Assembly (NCBI GenBank): GCA_035700805.1 | Contig: DASSOG010000054.1 | Span: 9,653 to 73,652, forward strand | From: Gemmatimonadaceae bacterium | GTDB lineage: Bacteria; Gemmatimonadota; Gemmatimonadetes; Gemmatimonadales; Gemmatimonadaceae | Length of the DNA: 64,000 nt | Direction: 5' to 3' | Part shown: in pieces, positions 1 through 10,425 of the stretch | Position numbering within the stretch: position 1 is the first letter of the stretch | How the letters are laid out: each line of letters opens with the position of its first letter | The notes under the pieces: model-generated | What the model was told of the DNA's origin: nothing | The model's database searches: none | What the model saw: the letters and a program-made list of their open reading frames with translations, nothing else | Translations under genes and position numbers: made by a program

Positions 1-2
1 GC

Positions 3-518
3 CAGAAGTGGCTGCTGTCGCCCTGGGGATCCGGGTTTACATATGTGCGTCCCGACCTGGTGGCCGCCATGCAGCCCCCGTTGGTGAGCTGGATGGCCGT
101 GCGCGGCTCCGACGATTTTGGCAACCTGGTGCACTACGACATGACCTGGCGCGATGACGCGCGCCGGTTCGAGATGGTGACGCTGCCATTCCAGGACTTC
201 GCCGGCATGAACGCCAGCCTCGAGCTGCTCCTGGAGCTGGGCAGCGACGCCATTGCCGCGCATGTCCAGCGGCTGGTGGGCGAGCTGGTGCGCTGGGCGC
301 GCGGCCGGGACGGGGTGCGGCTGGTGACCCCCGCCGAGCCTGCTCACCGCGCCGGCATCGTGTGCCTGGTGCCCCCGGACGCCGGCGGCGTCAGCGCGCG
401 CCTGAACGCCACGGGTGTGGCGCATTCACTCCGCGAGGGGGCCATCCGGCTGGCCGTGCACGGCTTCAATACCGACGACGACGTGGCGCGGGCCATCGAG
501 GCCATCGAGGGTCGCTGA
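3..518 (+). CDS. Aminotransferase class V-fold PLP-dependent enzyme (cysteine desulfurase-like), C-terminal part; 5' end outside window
   Basis: Frame is open from the window edge (QKWLLSPWGSGFTYVRPDL...) and runs into the 157-aa ORF. The C-terminal small-domain pattern is typical of the family (GIVCLV...LREGAIRLAVHGFNTDDDV). Confidence 0.7.
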   Translation, partial: QKWLLSPWGSGFTYVRPDLVAAMQPPLVSWMAVRGSDDFGNLVHYDMTWRDDARRFEMVTLPFQDFAGMNASLELLLELGSDAIAAHVQRLVGELVRWARGRDGVRLVTPAEPAHRAGIVCLVPPDAGGVSARLNATGVAHSLREGAIRLAVHGFNTDDDVARAIEAIEGR

Positions 519-542
519 GCGTCCCCGCCCGGTGGACGGGGT

Positions 543-1838
<1,296 letters not shown>

Positions 1839-1921
1839 GGCACCAAGATAGGGGCACCACGACAGCGGGCACAGGCCCTGCCTTGGTGTCCCCACCTGAC
1901 CGCCGTTAGCTTCCCGGAATC

Positions 1922-4183
1922 GTGCGCCTGCCCCTTGCCAGTTTCCGCCAACAACATGTGGTCCTCACCCGCCGGCTGCTCATTGCCGCGACATTCGCCG
2001 CGTGCTTTGGCGCCGGGGTGGCCGTGTCGAGCTGGAAGCTGGTGTGCAGCGCGGGCCGCTGTCCCTCGGTGGACGTGCTCGAGGCGTACACGCCGCGCCA
2101 GACCTCCAAGGTGTACGCGGCCGACGGCCGGTTCATCACGGAGCTCGGGCAGGAGCGGCGGACGCTGGTCACGCTGGCCGACATCCCCGTGGTGGTGCGC
2201 GACGCGTTCCTGGCCACCGAGGACAAGCGCTTCTACTCGCACCACGGCATTGACTTCATCCGGGTGTTCGGCGCCGCGCTGCGGAACCTGCGCAGCGGCA
2301 GCTACGCGCAGGGCTTCTCGACCATCACCATGCAGCTCGCGCGCAACGTCTTTCCCGAGCGCATCTCCACGGAAAAGTCGCTGGTGCGCAAGCTCAAGGA
2401 AGCGCACGTGGCGCTGGCCATTGAGCACCGGTATTCCAAGGATCGCATCCTCGAGCTGTACCTGAACCAGATCTACCTGGGGAACGGCGCGCACGGGGTG
2501 GAGACGGCGGCGCAACGCTACTTCGGCAAGTCGGTGCGCGACGTGAATCTGGCCGAGGCCGCCATGCTCGCGGCGCTGCCCAAGGCTCCCAGCCGGTACG
2601 ACCCGCGGCGCTTTCCGGACCGCGCGGTGCAGCGGCGCAACACGATCATCGAGCTCATGCACCACGATGGGCTCGTGAGCGACGCGGATGCCAGCGTGGC
2701 GCGCGCGTACCCCCTGGCGCTGGCGGGCCGGACGGAGTCGGGGGACGTGGCGCCGTACTTCATGGAATGGATCCGCAAGCAACTGGACGACCGGTTTGGC
2801 CAGCGCCTCTACGAGCAGGGGCTCAAGGTGTACACCACGCTCGACCTGGACCTGCAGGGCGCCGCGGAGCGGGCGCTCGATTCGCAGTTGAGCGCCATCG
2901 AGGGCGGCAAGTACGGGCCGTACAATCACCTCACCTATGAGCAGTACCTGGCGCAGTCCAGCGAAGGCGGCGCGCAGGGCGCGCCCAACTCTCCCTACCT
3001 GCAGGGAGCGTTCGTGGCCATGGACCCGCGCACCGGCGCGGTGCTGGCCATGGTGGGCGGGCGCGACTTTGACGACTCCAAGTTCAACCGCGCCACGCAG
3101 GCGCTGCGGCAGCCCGGCTCCACGTTCAAGCCGATCGTCTATTCCACGGCCATCCAGTCGGGCCTGACCCCGTCGTCCCTGGTGGACGACGTGCCGCTGG
3201 CGGTGCCGCAGCCCGATGGCAGTTTCTGGATGCCGCAGAACTTCGACCTGCGGTTCGACGGGCCGATGACGCTGCGGGTGGCGTTCTATCGCTCGCGCAA
3301 CGTGCCGGCGGTGCGCATCGGCATGGGGCTCGGCGAGCAGGCCGTGATCGATGAAGCGCGGAAGTTCGGGCTCACCTCGTCCATCCCGCCGTATCCCTCC
3401 ATCCATATTGGCGCCGCCGACGTCTATCCCATCGAACTCATTGCGGGCTATTCCACCTTTGCCACGCTGGGCACCCGCGCCGCTCCCATCGGCATCACCC
3501 GCGTGGAGAACGCCGACGGCACGGTGCTCTGGCAGCAGAAGCCGAGGCTCAGCACCATCCTCACGCCGCAGCAGGCGTGGCTGATGGTGGACATGATGAA
3601 GGACGTCATCAGCAAGGGGTCGGCCCGGTACTCCGTGGGGCAGTATTTCCACCTGCCGGCGGCGGGCAAGACCGGCACCACGAACGACGGCGCCGACGTC
3701 TGGTTCATTGGCTACACGGCGGACCTGGTGGCGGGGTTGTGGATCGGGCTGGACCAGCCGGACAAGATCAAGGTCAACGCGCAGGGCGGCATCCTGGCCG
3801 CGCCCGCGTGGACGGCGTTCATGAACGAGGTGTACAGTCGCAAGCCGGCGCCGCCCGACTGGCCCAGGCCCGAGGGCATCGTGAGCGCCGACATCGACTT
3901 CACCACGGACATGCTCCGCAATCCGTACTGCCCGGCCGCGGACGTGATGACCGAGTGGTACATCGCGGGCACGGAGCCCACGGCTTCCTGCGACGTGCAC
4001 ACCCCCAACGGGATCGTGCTCAAGCCCGATACGACCCCGCGCGTGCTGGTGCCCAAGGGGTCGCAGTTGCCCGATTCCATCAACCCGTTCATCCTCCCGC
4101 CGAGCACGCGTGGGCGCACCGGGATCGACACGGGGCGCGCCGGTCTTGACACGGGACGCACGGGCGGCGGTGGCGGCGGCTGA
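1922..4183 (+). CDS. mrcA: Class A penicillin-binding protein (PBP1A-type transglycosylase/transpeptidase)
   Basis: GT51 motifs (EDKRFYSHHGID, RKLKEAHVALAIE). Transpeptidase motifs STFK, SRN and KTGTT. N-terminal TM helix; GTG start. Confidence 0.88.
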   Translation: MRLPLASFRQQHVVLTRRLLIAATFAACFGAGVAVSSWKLVCSAGRCPSVDVLEAYTPRQTSKVYAADGRFITELGQERRTLVTLADIPVVVRDAFLATEDKRFYSHHGIDFIRVFGAALRNLRSGSYAQGFSTITMQLARNVFPERISTEKSLVRKLKEAHVALAIEHRYSKDRILELYLNQIYLGNGAHGVETAAQRYFGKSVRDVNLAEAAMLAALPKAPSRYDPRRFPDRAVQRRNTIIELMHHDGLVSDADASVARAYPLALAGRTESGDVAPYFMEWIRKQLDDRFGQRLYEQGLKVYTTLDLDLQGAAERALDSQLSAIEGGKYGPYNHLTYEQYLAQSSEGGAQGAPNSPYLQGAFVAMDPRTGAVLAMVGGRDFDDSKFNRATQALRQPGSTFKPIVYSTAIQSGLTPSSLVDDVPLAVPQPDGSFWMPQNFDLRFDGPMTLRVAFYRSRNVPAVRIGMGLGEQAVIDEARKFGLTSSIPPYPSIHIGAADVYPIELIAGYSTFATLGTRAAPIGITRVENADGTVLWQQKPRLSTILTPQQAWLMVDMMKDVISKGSARYSVGQYFHLPAAGKTGTTNDGADVWFIGYTADLVAGLWIGLDQPDKIKVNAQGGILAAPAWTAFMNEVYSRKPAPPDWPRPEGIVSADIDFTTDMLRNPYCPAADVMTEWYIAGTEPTASCDVHTPNGIVLKPDTTPRVLVPKGSQLPDSINPFILPPSTRGRTGIDTGRAGLDTGRTGGGGGG

Positions 4184-4231
4184 GGTCCTCCGCTTATCAT
4201 ATGATCACTACCTGGAGGAGGGGAGTCCGTC

Positions 4232-5197
4232 ATGGGTGAGCCCGCGACCGGACGCACCGCCCGAATCTGGCGGGACGGCCAGCTCGTGAACTGGGAAGAC
4301 GCCACGATCCACGTGATCAGCCACGTGGTGCACTATGGGTCGAGCGTCTTTGAGGGCATGCGGTGTTACGAAACGCCCTCTGGCGGAGCCGTGTTCCGCG
4401 CCCGCGACCACATGCGCCGCCTCGTGGACTCCTGCCGCATCTATCGGATTCCGCTCAAGTACTCCGTGGACGAGCTGGTGCGGGGGTGCCTGGACACGAT
4501 CGCCGCCAACCAGGTGCGGGAGTGCTACTTCCGGCCGGTGGTCATCCGCACGGGCGAGCAGATGGACGTGCTGGCCGCCGCGGCCACGGTCGAGACCTAC
4601 ATGATCGCGTGGAAGTGGGGCGCGTACCTGGGCACCGAGGGCATGCAGCACGGCGTGGATGCGCGGGTCTCGAGCTGGCGCCGCGCCGCGCCCGATACGT
4701 TTCCCACCATGGCCAAGGCGGGCGGTAACTACCTGAGCTCGCAACTGGCCAAGATGGAAGCCAAGGCCGACGGCTATGCCGAAGGCATCATGCTGGATGC
4801 CGCCGGCTTCATCTCGGAGGGGAGCGGCGAGAACCTGTTCGCGGTGCGCGACAACGTGCTCTACACGGCGCCGCTCTCGGCGGGCATCCTGCCGGGCATC
4901 ACGCGCGATACGATCATCCAGCTCGCGCACGACCTGGGGCTGGAGGTGCGCGAGCAGCTCCTGCCGCGCGAATTCCTGTACATCGCCGACGAGCTGTTCT
5001 TCTGCGGCACGGCGGTGGAGGTCACCCCCGTCCGCAGCGTGGACCGCGTGCCCGTGGGCAGCGGCGACCGCGGGCCGGTGACCGCCCGGCTGCAGAAGCT
5101 GTACCTGGATACCGCGCACGGCCGCGCGCCCGACCCGCACGGCTGGCTCACGCCCGTGCCGGAACCCGCCGTCGTTGCCGCCGGAGCCGGACGATGA
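4232..5197 (+). CDS. ilvE: Branched-chain amino acid aminotransferase (class IV)
   Basis: Typical N-terminus (IWRDGQLVNWEDATIHV...HYGSSVFEGMRCY) and GITRDTIIQLA. Strong RBS GGAGGAGGGGA upstream of the ATG. Confidence 0.9.
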   Translation: MGEPATGRTARIWRDGQLVNWEDATIHVISHVVHYGSSVFEGMRCYETPSGGAVFRARDHMRRLVDSCRIYRIPLKYSVDELVRGCLDTIAANQVRECYFRPVVIRTGEQMDVLAAAATVETYMIAWKWGAYLGTEGMQHGVDARVSSWRRAAPDTFPTMAKAGGNYLSSQLAKMEAKADGYAEGIMLDAAGFISEGSGENLFAVRDNVLYTAPLSAGILPGITRDTIIQLAHDLGLEVREQLLPREFLYIADELFFCGTAVEVTPVRSVDRVPVGSGDRGPVTARLQKLYLDTAHGRAPDPHGWLTPVPEPAVVAAGAGR

Positions 5198-5237
5198 GAC
5201 CCCTGTCGGTGGCGCGGCGCGCGGTCGGGAGGCGGGC

Positions 5238-5819
5238 ATGATCGTCGGATGCCTGGCCCTGAACGCGTCGTTCGAGCCGCTGACCATGGTGCCGCTCAAG
5301 CGGGCCCTGCGCCTGGTGATCGACGGCAAGGCCGAGATCGTCGAAGCCGACCATGACCGGTTCGTGCACTCGGAGCGCCTGTCGCTGCCGCGCCCCGTGG
5401 TCATTCGCCTCACCAAGTTCATCCACGTGCCGCGCCGCTTCCGGCGGCAGGTGACCAACACGTTCCTGTTCGCGCGCGACCATTACCGGTGCCAGTACTG
5501 CGACCGGCATGTCACGGAACTCAAGCCCCGCGAGTCGCTCACGCGCGATCACCTGATTCCGATTTCGCGCGGCGGCACCAACGACTGGACCAACGTGGTG
5601 GCGGCGTGCAGCGCGTGCAACACGCGCAAGGGCAATCGCATGCCCGACGAGATCGGGATGCATCCGCACACGATCCCGGTGGAACCGCATTTTGTGCACC
5701 TGAGCTGGGCCGTGCGCCGGCTCACGCCCATCCAGGCGCGGTACATCCGGACGTTCTATGGCGACACGGTGCTGCACCAGCTCGAACAGCTCGAGCATCG
5801 AGGCCCGGCGCTGGCCTGA
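5238..5819 (+). CDS. HNH endonuclease family protein
   Basis: HNH/Cys-box core CQYCDR...DHLIPISRGGTNDWTNVVAACSACNTRKG. Start set at MIVGCLALN (ATG 5238) inside the 214-aa ORF. Confidence 0.8.
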   Translation: MIVGCLALNASFEPLTMVPLKRALRLVIDGKAEIVEADHDRFVHSERLSLPRPVVIRLTKFIHVPRRFRRQVTNTFLFARDHYRCQYCDRHVTELKPRESLTRDHLIPISRGGTNDWTNVVAACSACNTRKGNRMPDEIGMHPHTIPVEPHFVHLSWAVRRLTPIQARYIRTFYGDTVLHQLEQLEHRGPALA

Positions 5820-5869
5820 CGCGCGACCCCGGCGCTGTCCGGCGGGGGATGCGCAGCCGTTGGCGCGGG

Positions 5870-6535
5870 TCACTTCTCGCCGGCTACGAACGTGGGCGAG
5901 GTGGCCTCGTAGCTCCGGTGCGTGCCGCCCAGGACGCGTGAGAGCAGCCGCCCGATGCCGTTCCTGAGGGCGGACAGGGGGTTGCCGCTGCCCTTCACGG
6001 CGGGCCGCAGGTCGCCGTGCACCCAGCGCTCCAGTTCTCCCAGGTCGCTGGCGTTCAGCGATTCCACCTCAAGCACCACGTTGTAGTAATACCGCTCGCC
6101 CTTGTGGGACGGCGCCAGGCGCACGCGATACGGCTGCGCCAGCACTGCCTGCGCCGAGTCGAGCGAGGTGATGGCGCCAAAGTCCTCGGACTGCTTGCCG
6201 TCGCGCCGCAGGATGCGGTACGCGGGTCGGTAGGGATCCGGCAGGTACTGCACCAGCACTTCCCAGTGTGTGCTGCTCTCCAGGTGGTTGAACATCCCGC
6301 CGCTGCGCCACAGCTCCAGGCGGAAGTTCAGCTCCACGGGAAACCCGTTGTGCATCAGTTCCTGGAGCGGCGGGTCGTCCAGGATGTGCGTGGCCGACAC
6401 CGCCGGCACGCGCGTTGCTTGTGCGGCGGCCAGGTCCACGCGCACGCCCGGCGCGCCCTGCGCTGCGGCACGCGGCGGCAGCATGGCCAGCGCAAGGGCC
6501 AGGGCCGGGAGCAGGAGGTGGAGGCGCCGGTGCAC
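5870..6535 (-). CDS. Secreted DUF4390-like protein
   Basis: Signal peptide (LLLPALALALAMLPPRAAAQ). Size and pattern resemble DUF4390 by recollection only (ELNFRLELWR...YRILRRDG...YYYNVVLEVESL). GTG start lies 3 nt after the upstream stop. Confidence 0.6.
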   Translation of the reverse strand: MHRRLHLLLPALALALAMLPPRAAAQGAPGVRVDLAAAQATRVPAVSATHILDDPPLQELMHNGFPVELNFRLELWRSGGMFNHLESSTHWEVLVQYLPDPYRPAYRILRRDGKQSEDFGAITSLDSAQAVLAQPYRVRLAPSHKGERYYYNVVLEVESLNASDLGELERWVHGDLRPAVKGSGNPLSALRNGIGRLLSRVLGGTHRSYEATSPTFVAGEK

Positions 6536-6538
6536 GGG

Positions 6539-8257
6539 CTAGAAGCGATGCTGCAGCCGGATGAACACGCGCGCCGGCAGTCCTGCCTCGGACAGTGCCT
6601 TGGCCACGTACACACCCACATTGTCGAAGTCGAGCCCGAACCCGATGTCGGTGTGGAACGTGGACGGGTCGGGCAGGGTCCAGCGGCCGTAGCGCACCGG
6701 CCCGCTGCCGCTCCCCGGACCGGTCATCCAGCCGCGTCCGGCGTCCAGGAACAGCACCCACGCGCCGTTGGCATTCAGGTGCGGTCGCACCCAGTCGTCG
6801 TTGTCCCAGTCGAACAGGTGCAGGTGCAGCGCGCTCCGGTATTCCGCCTGCGCGAGGGCAATGCGGTCGCACTGCGCGGGCATTCCCGCGGGCACCGCGC
6901 CAAAGGCGCACGTGGACACATCCAGTCCGGACACGGGCCGCCGGAACCCGAATCCGGGAAGCGCATCGTAGCCGTCCACGGAGAGCCGGCGCTCAGTGGG
7001 CAGCGCGTCGCCGCCCAGCCACCCGCCGGCCACCACGCGGAGGTTGAGCTGCACGTTGCGCGATACGCGATTGTAACGGCGCAGGTCCACGAACAGCCGG
7101 TTGTACTGCGCGGCATCGGTGGCGGGATAGCTGCGCACCACGCCCGTGCCCGCCAGCGAATCGAAGCGCACCCATCCGTGCTCGAACTCGCCAGCTACGT
7201 ACCAGCCGGCCCAGGGGTTCGCTTCGTCGCTGCGCGTGTCGATGTTCAGCGCCAGGCGGGCCAGGTGCGCGCGCGCGTCGTCCAGCGTCGGGTTGGGACG
7301 CCAGGCGGCATCCGAGCGGAACAGGCTCCACGCGTTTGCCGCGGCGCGGGGGCTCCAGTGTTCGCTGGCATACGAGGCCTTGAGCGTGGCGTCCGGCCCG
7401 ACAAAGAACCCTGCCTCCAGGCTGCCACCCTGCCGGTTATACCAGTCCCGATAATCCCGCCGGAACAGCCCCGACGTGAGGCCGGTTTCCAGGTTGCTCA
7501 GCCCCCACGCTTCCACGGGGGTCACGAGGTCGTACGCTCCCGCGCCCAGCAGCACGCCGCGGCGGCCACCCAGCCGGATTTCCGTGCGCAGGTTGTGGCC
7601 CACGTCGTTGTCGGTGCTGCGGAAGCTGCTGGCCGTGCGCAACACGGCGTATGCGTCCAGGCGCGCGGTCCATCCATCAAAATCGCGCTCCATCTGGGGA
7701 CCCAGATTGATGGGCAGTCCCTCCACGCGGTTGTAGGCGCCGGCGCTCGCTACGTGCAGCCTCGTGCCGCTCCAGTCCTGCTCGTGCTCCACGCGCCGCC
7801 ACCACGGCTCCTCATCAATCCCCTGCTCGGTGGCGCGGATGCGGTCGCCCGATCGGGTGTAGCGCAACGGATCACGGTAGATGCGGATCTCCCCACCCAC
7901 GTACCCGGCGTTCTGGCCGATCACCGTGCCACCGACCACGAGCAGGTTGCCGTCAATTCGCGCGCTCGGGGCCAGCGTTACGTTGCCGTTGATGGCCAGG
8001 AGCGTGCCGGTCACGTGACCGGCCACCTGCACGGGCCCGTCGAGCACCGCCACGTCGCCGGTGATCTCGCGCGCGGCGTGCACATCCAGGGCGCCCGCCA
8101 CACGCAGGGTGGCGTCGGCGTTGTACAGGCGCACGGCTTCGCGGGCCACGTCGCGCGGGAGGGCGCGGCCGTCGAGCCCGGAGTCCGGTTGTTGCGCCCG
8201 GAGCGCCAGGGGCATGGTGAACAGCACGATCGCGAGCAGGAGACGACGCATGGACAT
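6539..8257 (-). CDS. Outer-membrane protein: N-terminal bactofilin-like (polymer-forming cytoskeletal, beta-helix) repeats fused to an Omp85/surface-antigen-type beta-barrel
   Basis: Signal peptide MSMRRLLLAIVLFTMPLALRAQ. The segment GDVAVLDGPVQVAGHVTGTLLAINGNVTLAPSARIDGNLLVVGGTVIG matches the bactofilin repeat style. The C-terminal part has alternating beta-strand character, an ERRLSVDGYDALPGFGF motif (Omp85 RF-LGG-RGY-like), and ends in ...RLQHRF. Confidence 0.72.
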   Translation of the reverse strand: MSMRRLLLAIVLFTMPLALRAQQPDSGLDGRALPRDVAREAVRLYNADATLRVAGALDVHAAREITGDVAVLDGPVQVAGHVTGTLLAINGNVTLAPSARIDGNLLVVGGTVIGQNAGYVGGEIRIYRDPLRYTRSGDRIRATEQGIDEEPWWRRVEHEQDWSGTRLHVASAGAYNRVEGLPINLGPQMERDFDGWTARLDAYAVLRTASSFRSTDNDVGHNLRTEIRLGGRRGVLLGAGAYDLVTPVEAWGLSNLETGLTSGLFRRDYRDWYNRQGGSLEAGFFVGPDATLKASYASEHWSPRAAANAWSLFRSDAAWRPNPTLDDARAHLARLALNIDTRSDEANPWAGWYVAGEFEHGWVRFDSLAGTGVVRSYPATDAAQYNRLFVDLRRYNRVSRNVQLNLRVVAGGWLGGDALPTERRLSVDGYDALPGFGFRRPVSGLDVSTCAFGAVPAGMPAQCDRIALAQAEYRSALHLHLFDWDNDDWVRPHLNANGAWVLFLDAGRGWMTGPGSGSGPVRYGRWTLPDPSTFHTDIGFGLDFDNVGVYVAKALSEAGLPARVFIRLQHRF

Positions 8258-8289
8258 ATCCCTCAATGTCGTAAGTTGGCCGGGGGAAA

Positions 8290-8305
8290 CGCACCTCCCG
8301 TGCCG
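8290..8305 (-). promoter_or_regulatory. Candidate sigma-54 (-24/-12) promoter for the bactofilin-Omp85 / DUF4390-like operon
   Basis: The minus strand reads CGGCACGGGAGGTGCG. This gives GGCAC then TGC with exact GG-N10-GC spacing, 39 nt upstream of the ATG at 8257. GAGGGA RBS lies downstream. Confidence 0.45.
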
Positions 8306-8419
8306 AATCGGGCCGCGTGGGCCAACCCGCCCCCACGCCACTACTTACCTCTCCAGGCGCCACGGCGTGCACTGCGCGGTGTCCTCACCCGGGGGCACCG
8401 GCACCGTGTCGGTCCGGCG

Positions 8420-9799
8420 TCATTCGGCGTCGTTGTCGATCCCCAGCCGACGCATCCGGCGGTACAGGTTGGGCCGGTCCGTCTGCAGCCGCCGCGCCGC
8501 CTCTGCCACATTCCCTCCCGCCACGGAGAGGGCCCGCGAAATCAGCGTGCGCTCAAATTCGTCGAGCGTGTCGTTCAGCGGCTGGGTCAGTCGCGCGGGA
8601 TCGGGAAGGGGCGGCTCGGCGCCCGCCTCGCTGCCTCCAATCTGGACCACCGCGCGCACGTCCGCCGCGGTCACCTCACCGCCCGCGTGCAGGATGGCCA
8701 GGCGTTCCACCACGTTGGCCAGCTCGCGGACGTTGCCGGGCCAGCGGTAGCGCGTGAGCAACTGCAGGGCCTCTTCACCCCACGGGGGGGCCGGATGCCC
8801 GGTGCGCGCGCGGTGCAGGCGCGAGAAGTGCTCCACCAGCGGCGCGATGTCGTCAGGGCGTTCGCGCAGCGGCGGTACCGGCAGGGGAATCACATTCAGC
8901 CGGAAGAGGAGGTCCTCGCGGAAGCTCCCATCGGCCACCGCCCGCGTAAGGTCCTTGTTGGTGGCGGCCAGGATGCGCACGTCCACGCGGATGGGGGCGC
9001 CGCCGCCCACACGCTCAATCTCCCGGGCTTCGATGGCGCGCAGCAGCTTTGCCTGCGCCTCCTGCCCCAGGTCGCCCACCTCATCCAGCAGCAGCGTGCC
9101 CGTGTGCGCCAGCTCAAAGCGGCCGATGCGCCGCTCCGAAGCACCGGTAAAGGCGCCCTTCTCGTGCCCGAACATCTCGCTCTCCACGAGGTCGCGCGGA
9201 ATGGCCGCGCAGTTCACGCGCACGAACGGCCGGTCGTGCCGAGGGCTGGCGAAGTGGATGGCCGCCGCCACCAGCTCCTTGCCGGTGCCCGACTCGCCGG
9301 TGATCAGCACGCGGGCATCCGTGCCGGCCACGCGGTCAATCAACCCGCGGACGCGGTCCATCGCGGCGCTCCGACCCACCATCTCGCCGCCCAGCCCCAC
9401 CTCCTCGCGAAGCGCCCGGGCCTCGCGGCGCACGCGTCGCAGTTCGATGGCCGACGCCAGCGCCAGGAGTACGCTCTCAGGGCTCAGCGGCTTTTCCAGG
9501 AAGTTGAATGCGCCTTCCTTGGTGGCCTTCACGGCATCGCTCAGGTCCGCCTTGCCGCTCATCATCACCACGGGCGTGTCGGGCAGCGCCTGGCGCAGCC
9601 GGTGCAGGGTGGCCATCCCATCCAGCGCGCCGGGCATCGAGAGGTCCAGCAATACCGCGTCCGGCTCGGCGTCGGCGGCGCGCAGCAGGCCCGAGGCGCC
9701 GTCGGCGGCATCGCGCACCTCGAACCCCTCGGCGGCGAGCAGTGCCCCCACCATGCGCCGGATGTTCGGCTCGTCGTCGATGATCAGGACGCTGGGCAT
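8420..9799 (-). CDS. Sigma-54-dependent response regulator (NtrC family: receiver + AAA+ + Fis-type HTH)
   Basis: Receiver ([11 protein letters not shown]...VLLDLSMPG), Walker A GESGTGKE and an intact GAFTGA loop. C-terminal HTH: [26 protein letters not shown]. Confidence 0.92.
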   Translation of the reverse strand: MPSVLIIDDEPNIRRMVGALLAAEGFEVRDAADGASGLLRAADAEPDAVLLDLSMPGALDGMATLHRLRQALPDTPVVMMSGKADLSDAVKATKEGAFNFLEKPLSPESVLLALASAIELRRVRREARALREEVGLGGEMVGRSAAMDRVRGLIDRVAGTDARVLITGESGTGKELVAAAIHFASPRHDRPFVRVNCAAIPRDLVESEMFGHEKGAFTGASERRIGRFELAHTGTLLLDEVGDLGQEAQAKLLRAIEAREIERVGGGAPIRVDVRILAATNKDLTRAVADGSFREDLLFRLNVIPLPVPPLRERPDDIAPLVEHFSRLHRARTGHPAPPWGEEALQLLTRYRWPGNVRELANVVERLAILHAGGEVTAADVRAVVQIGGSEAGAEPPLPDPARLTQPLNDTLDEFERTLISRALSVAGGNVAEAARRLQTDRPNLYRRMRRLGIDNDAE

Positions 9800-9833
9800 G
9801 TTGATGCTGGGTGCGGGGGCCGGGTGGCGCTGG

Positions 9834-10142
9834 TCAGCGCGTGGGCGGCTGGCCGCTGCCCACCGACCTGGTCTCGGTCTGCAGACGCGTCAGGAATCGC
9901 TGCGCTTCGGCCACGCGCTCAATCTCCACGGCAATCGAGTCCACCGTCTGTTCAATGCGATCCAGACGCGACTCCAGATTCGCTGGAATGGCGGGCGGCT
10001 CCGCCCGGCGCTCGAAGCGCCGGATGATCGCCCGGACGATGGGCAAGCCGAGCACCATGGCCGTGACCATGGTGAACACGATCGCGACGATCGGGACGGC
10101 GTTGCTGGGAATGCCGTTCATGGGCATCTGAAGGAGCATCAT
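9834..10142 (-). CDS. Small single-pass membrane protein, paralog B (102 aa)
   Basis: This is the in-frame tail of the spurious 314-aa ORF. It has an N-terminal TM helix ([21 protein letters not shown]) and the motif [29 protein letters not shown]. Its ATG overlaps the upstream stop (ATGA). Confidence 0.7.
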   Translation of the reverse strand: MMLLQMPMNGIPSNAVPIVAIVFTMVTAMVLGLPIVRAIIRRFERRAEPPAIPANLESRLDRIEQTVDSIAVEIERVAEAQRFLTRLQTETRSVGSGQPPTR

Positions 10143-10423
10143 GATTGCACCGTTGACTTGGCCGCGGGCAGTGGCACCGCCGCGCGTTCCGACAGGAGCC
10201 GGGTGGTGAAGCGCTGCCCCTCGGAGATGCGCTCGATCTCCACCGCGATGGAATCCACGGCTTGTTCGATGCGCGCGATCCGTGCTTCCGTCTCGGCACT
10301 CAACCCGCCCGCCGCGCTCCCCTTGGGCTCCGGGCGCTTGCGGAACAGTCCCAGAAAACTGGTCACGACGTATCCGCCAACCAGGAGCGCCGTGATTGCA
10401 ACGATCATCGTCTGGCCGTCCAT
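10139..10423 (-). CDS. Small single-pass membrane protein, paralog A (94 aa)
   Basis: TM helix (MIVAITALLVGGYVVTSFLGLF) followed by [30 protein letters not shown]. Starts 2 nt after the kinase stop. Confidence 0.75.
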   Translation of the reverse strand: MDGQTMIVAITALLVGGYVVTSFLGLFRKRPEPKGSAAGGLSAETEARIARIEQAVDSIAVEIERISEGQRFTTRLLSERAAVPLPAAKSTVQS

Positions 10424-10425
10424 TG

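Noticed and set aside
6017-10027. 1336-aa plus-strand ORF, the longest in the track
   Set aside because: It runs antisense across four well-supported minus-strand genes (DUF4390-like, Omp85 fusion, sigma-54 regulator, small membrane protein). The translation is Arg/Ala/Gly/His-rich low complexity with no motifs. This is the typical stop-codon-poor antisense artefact of high-GC DNA.
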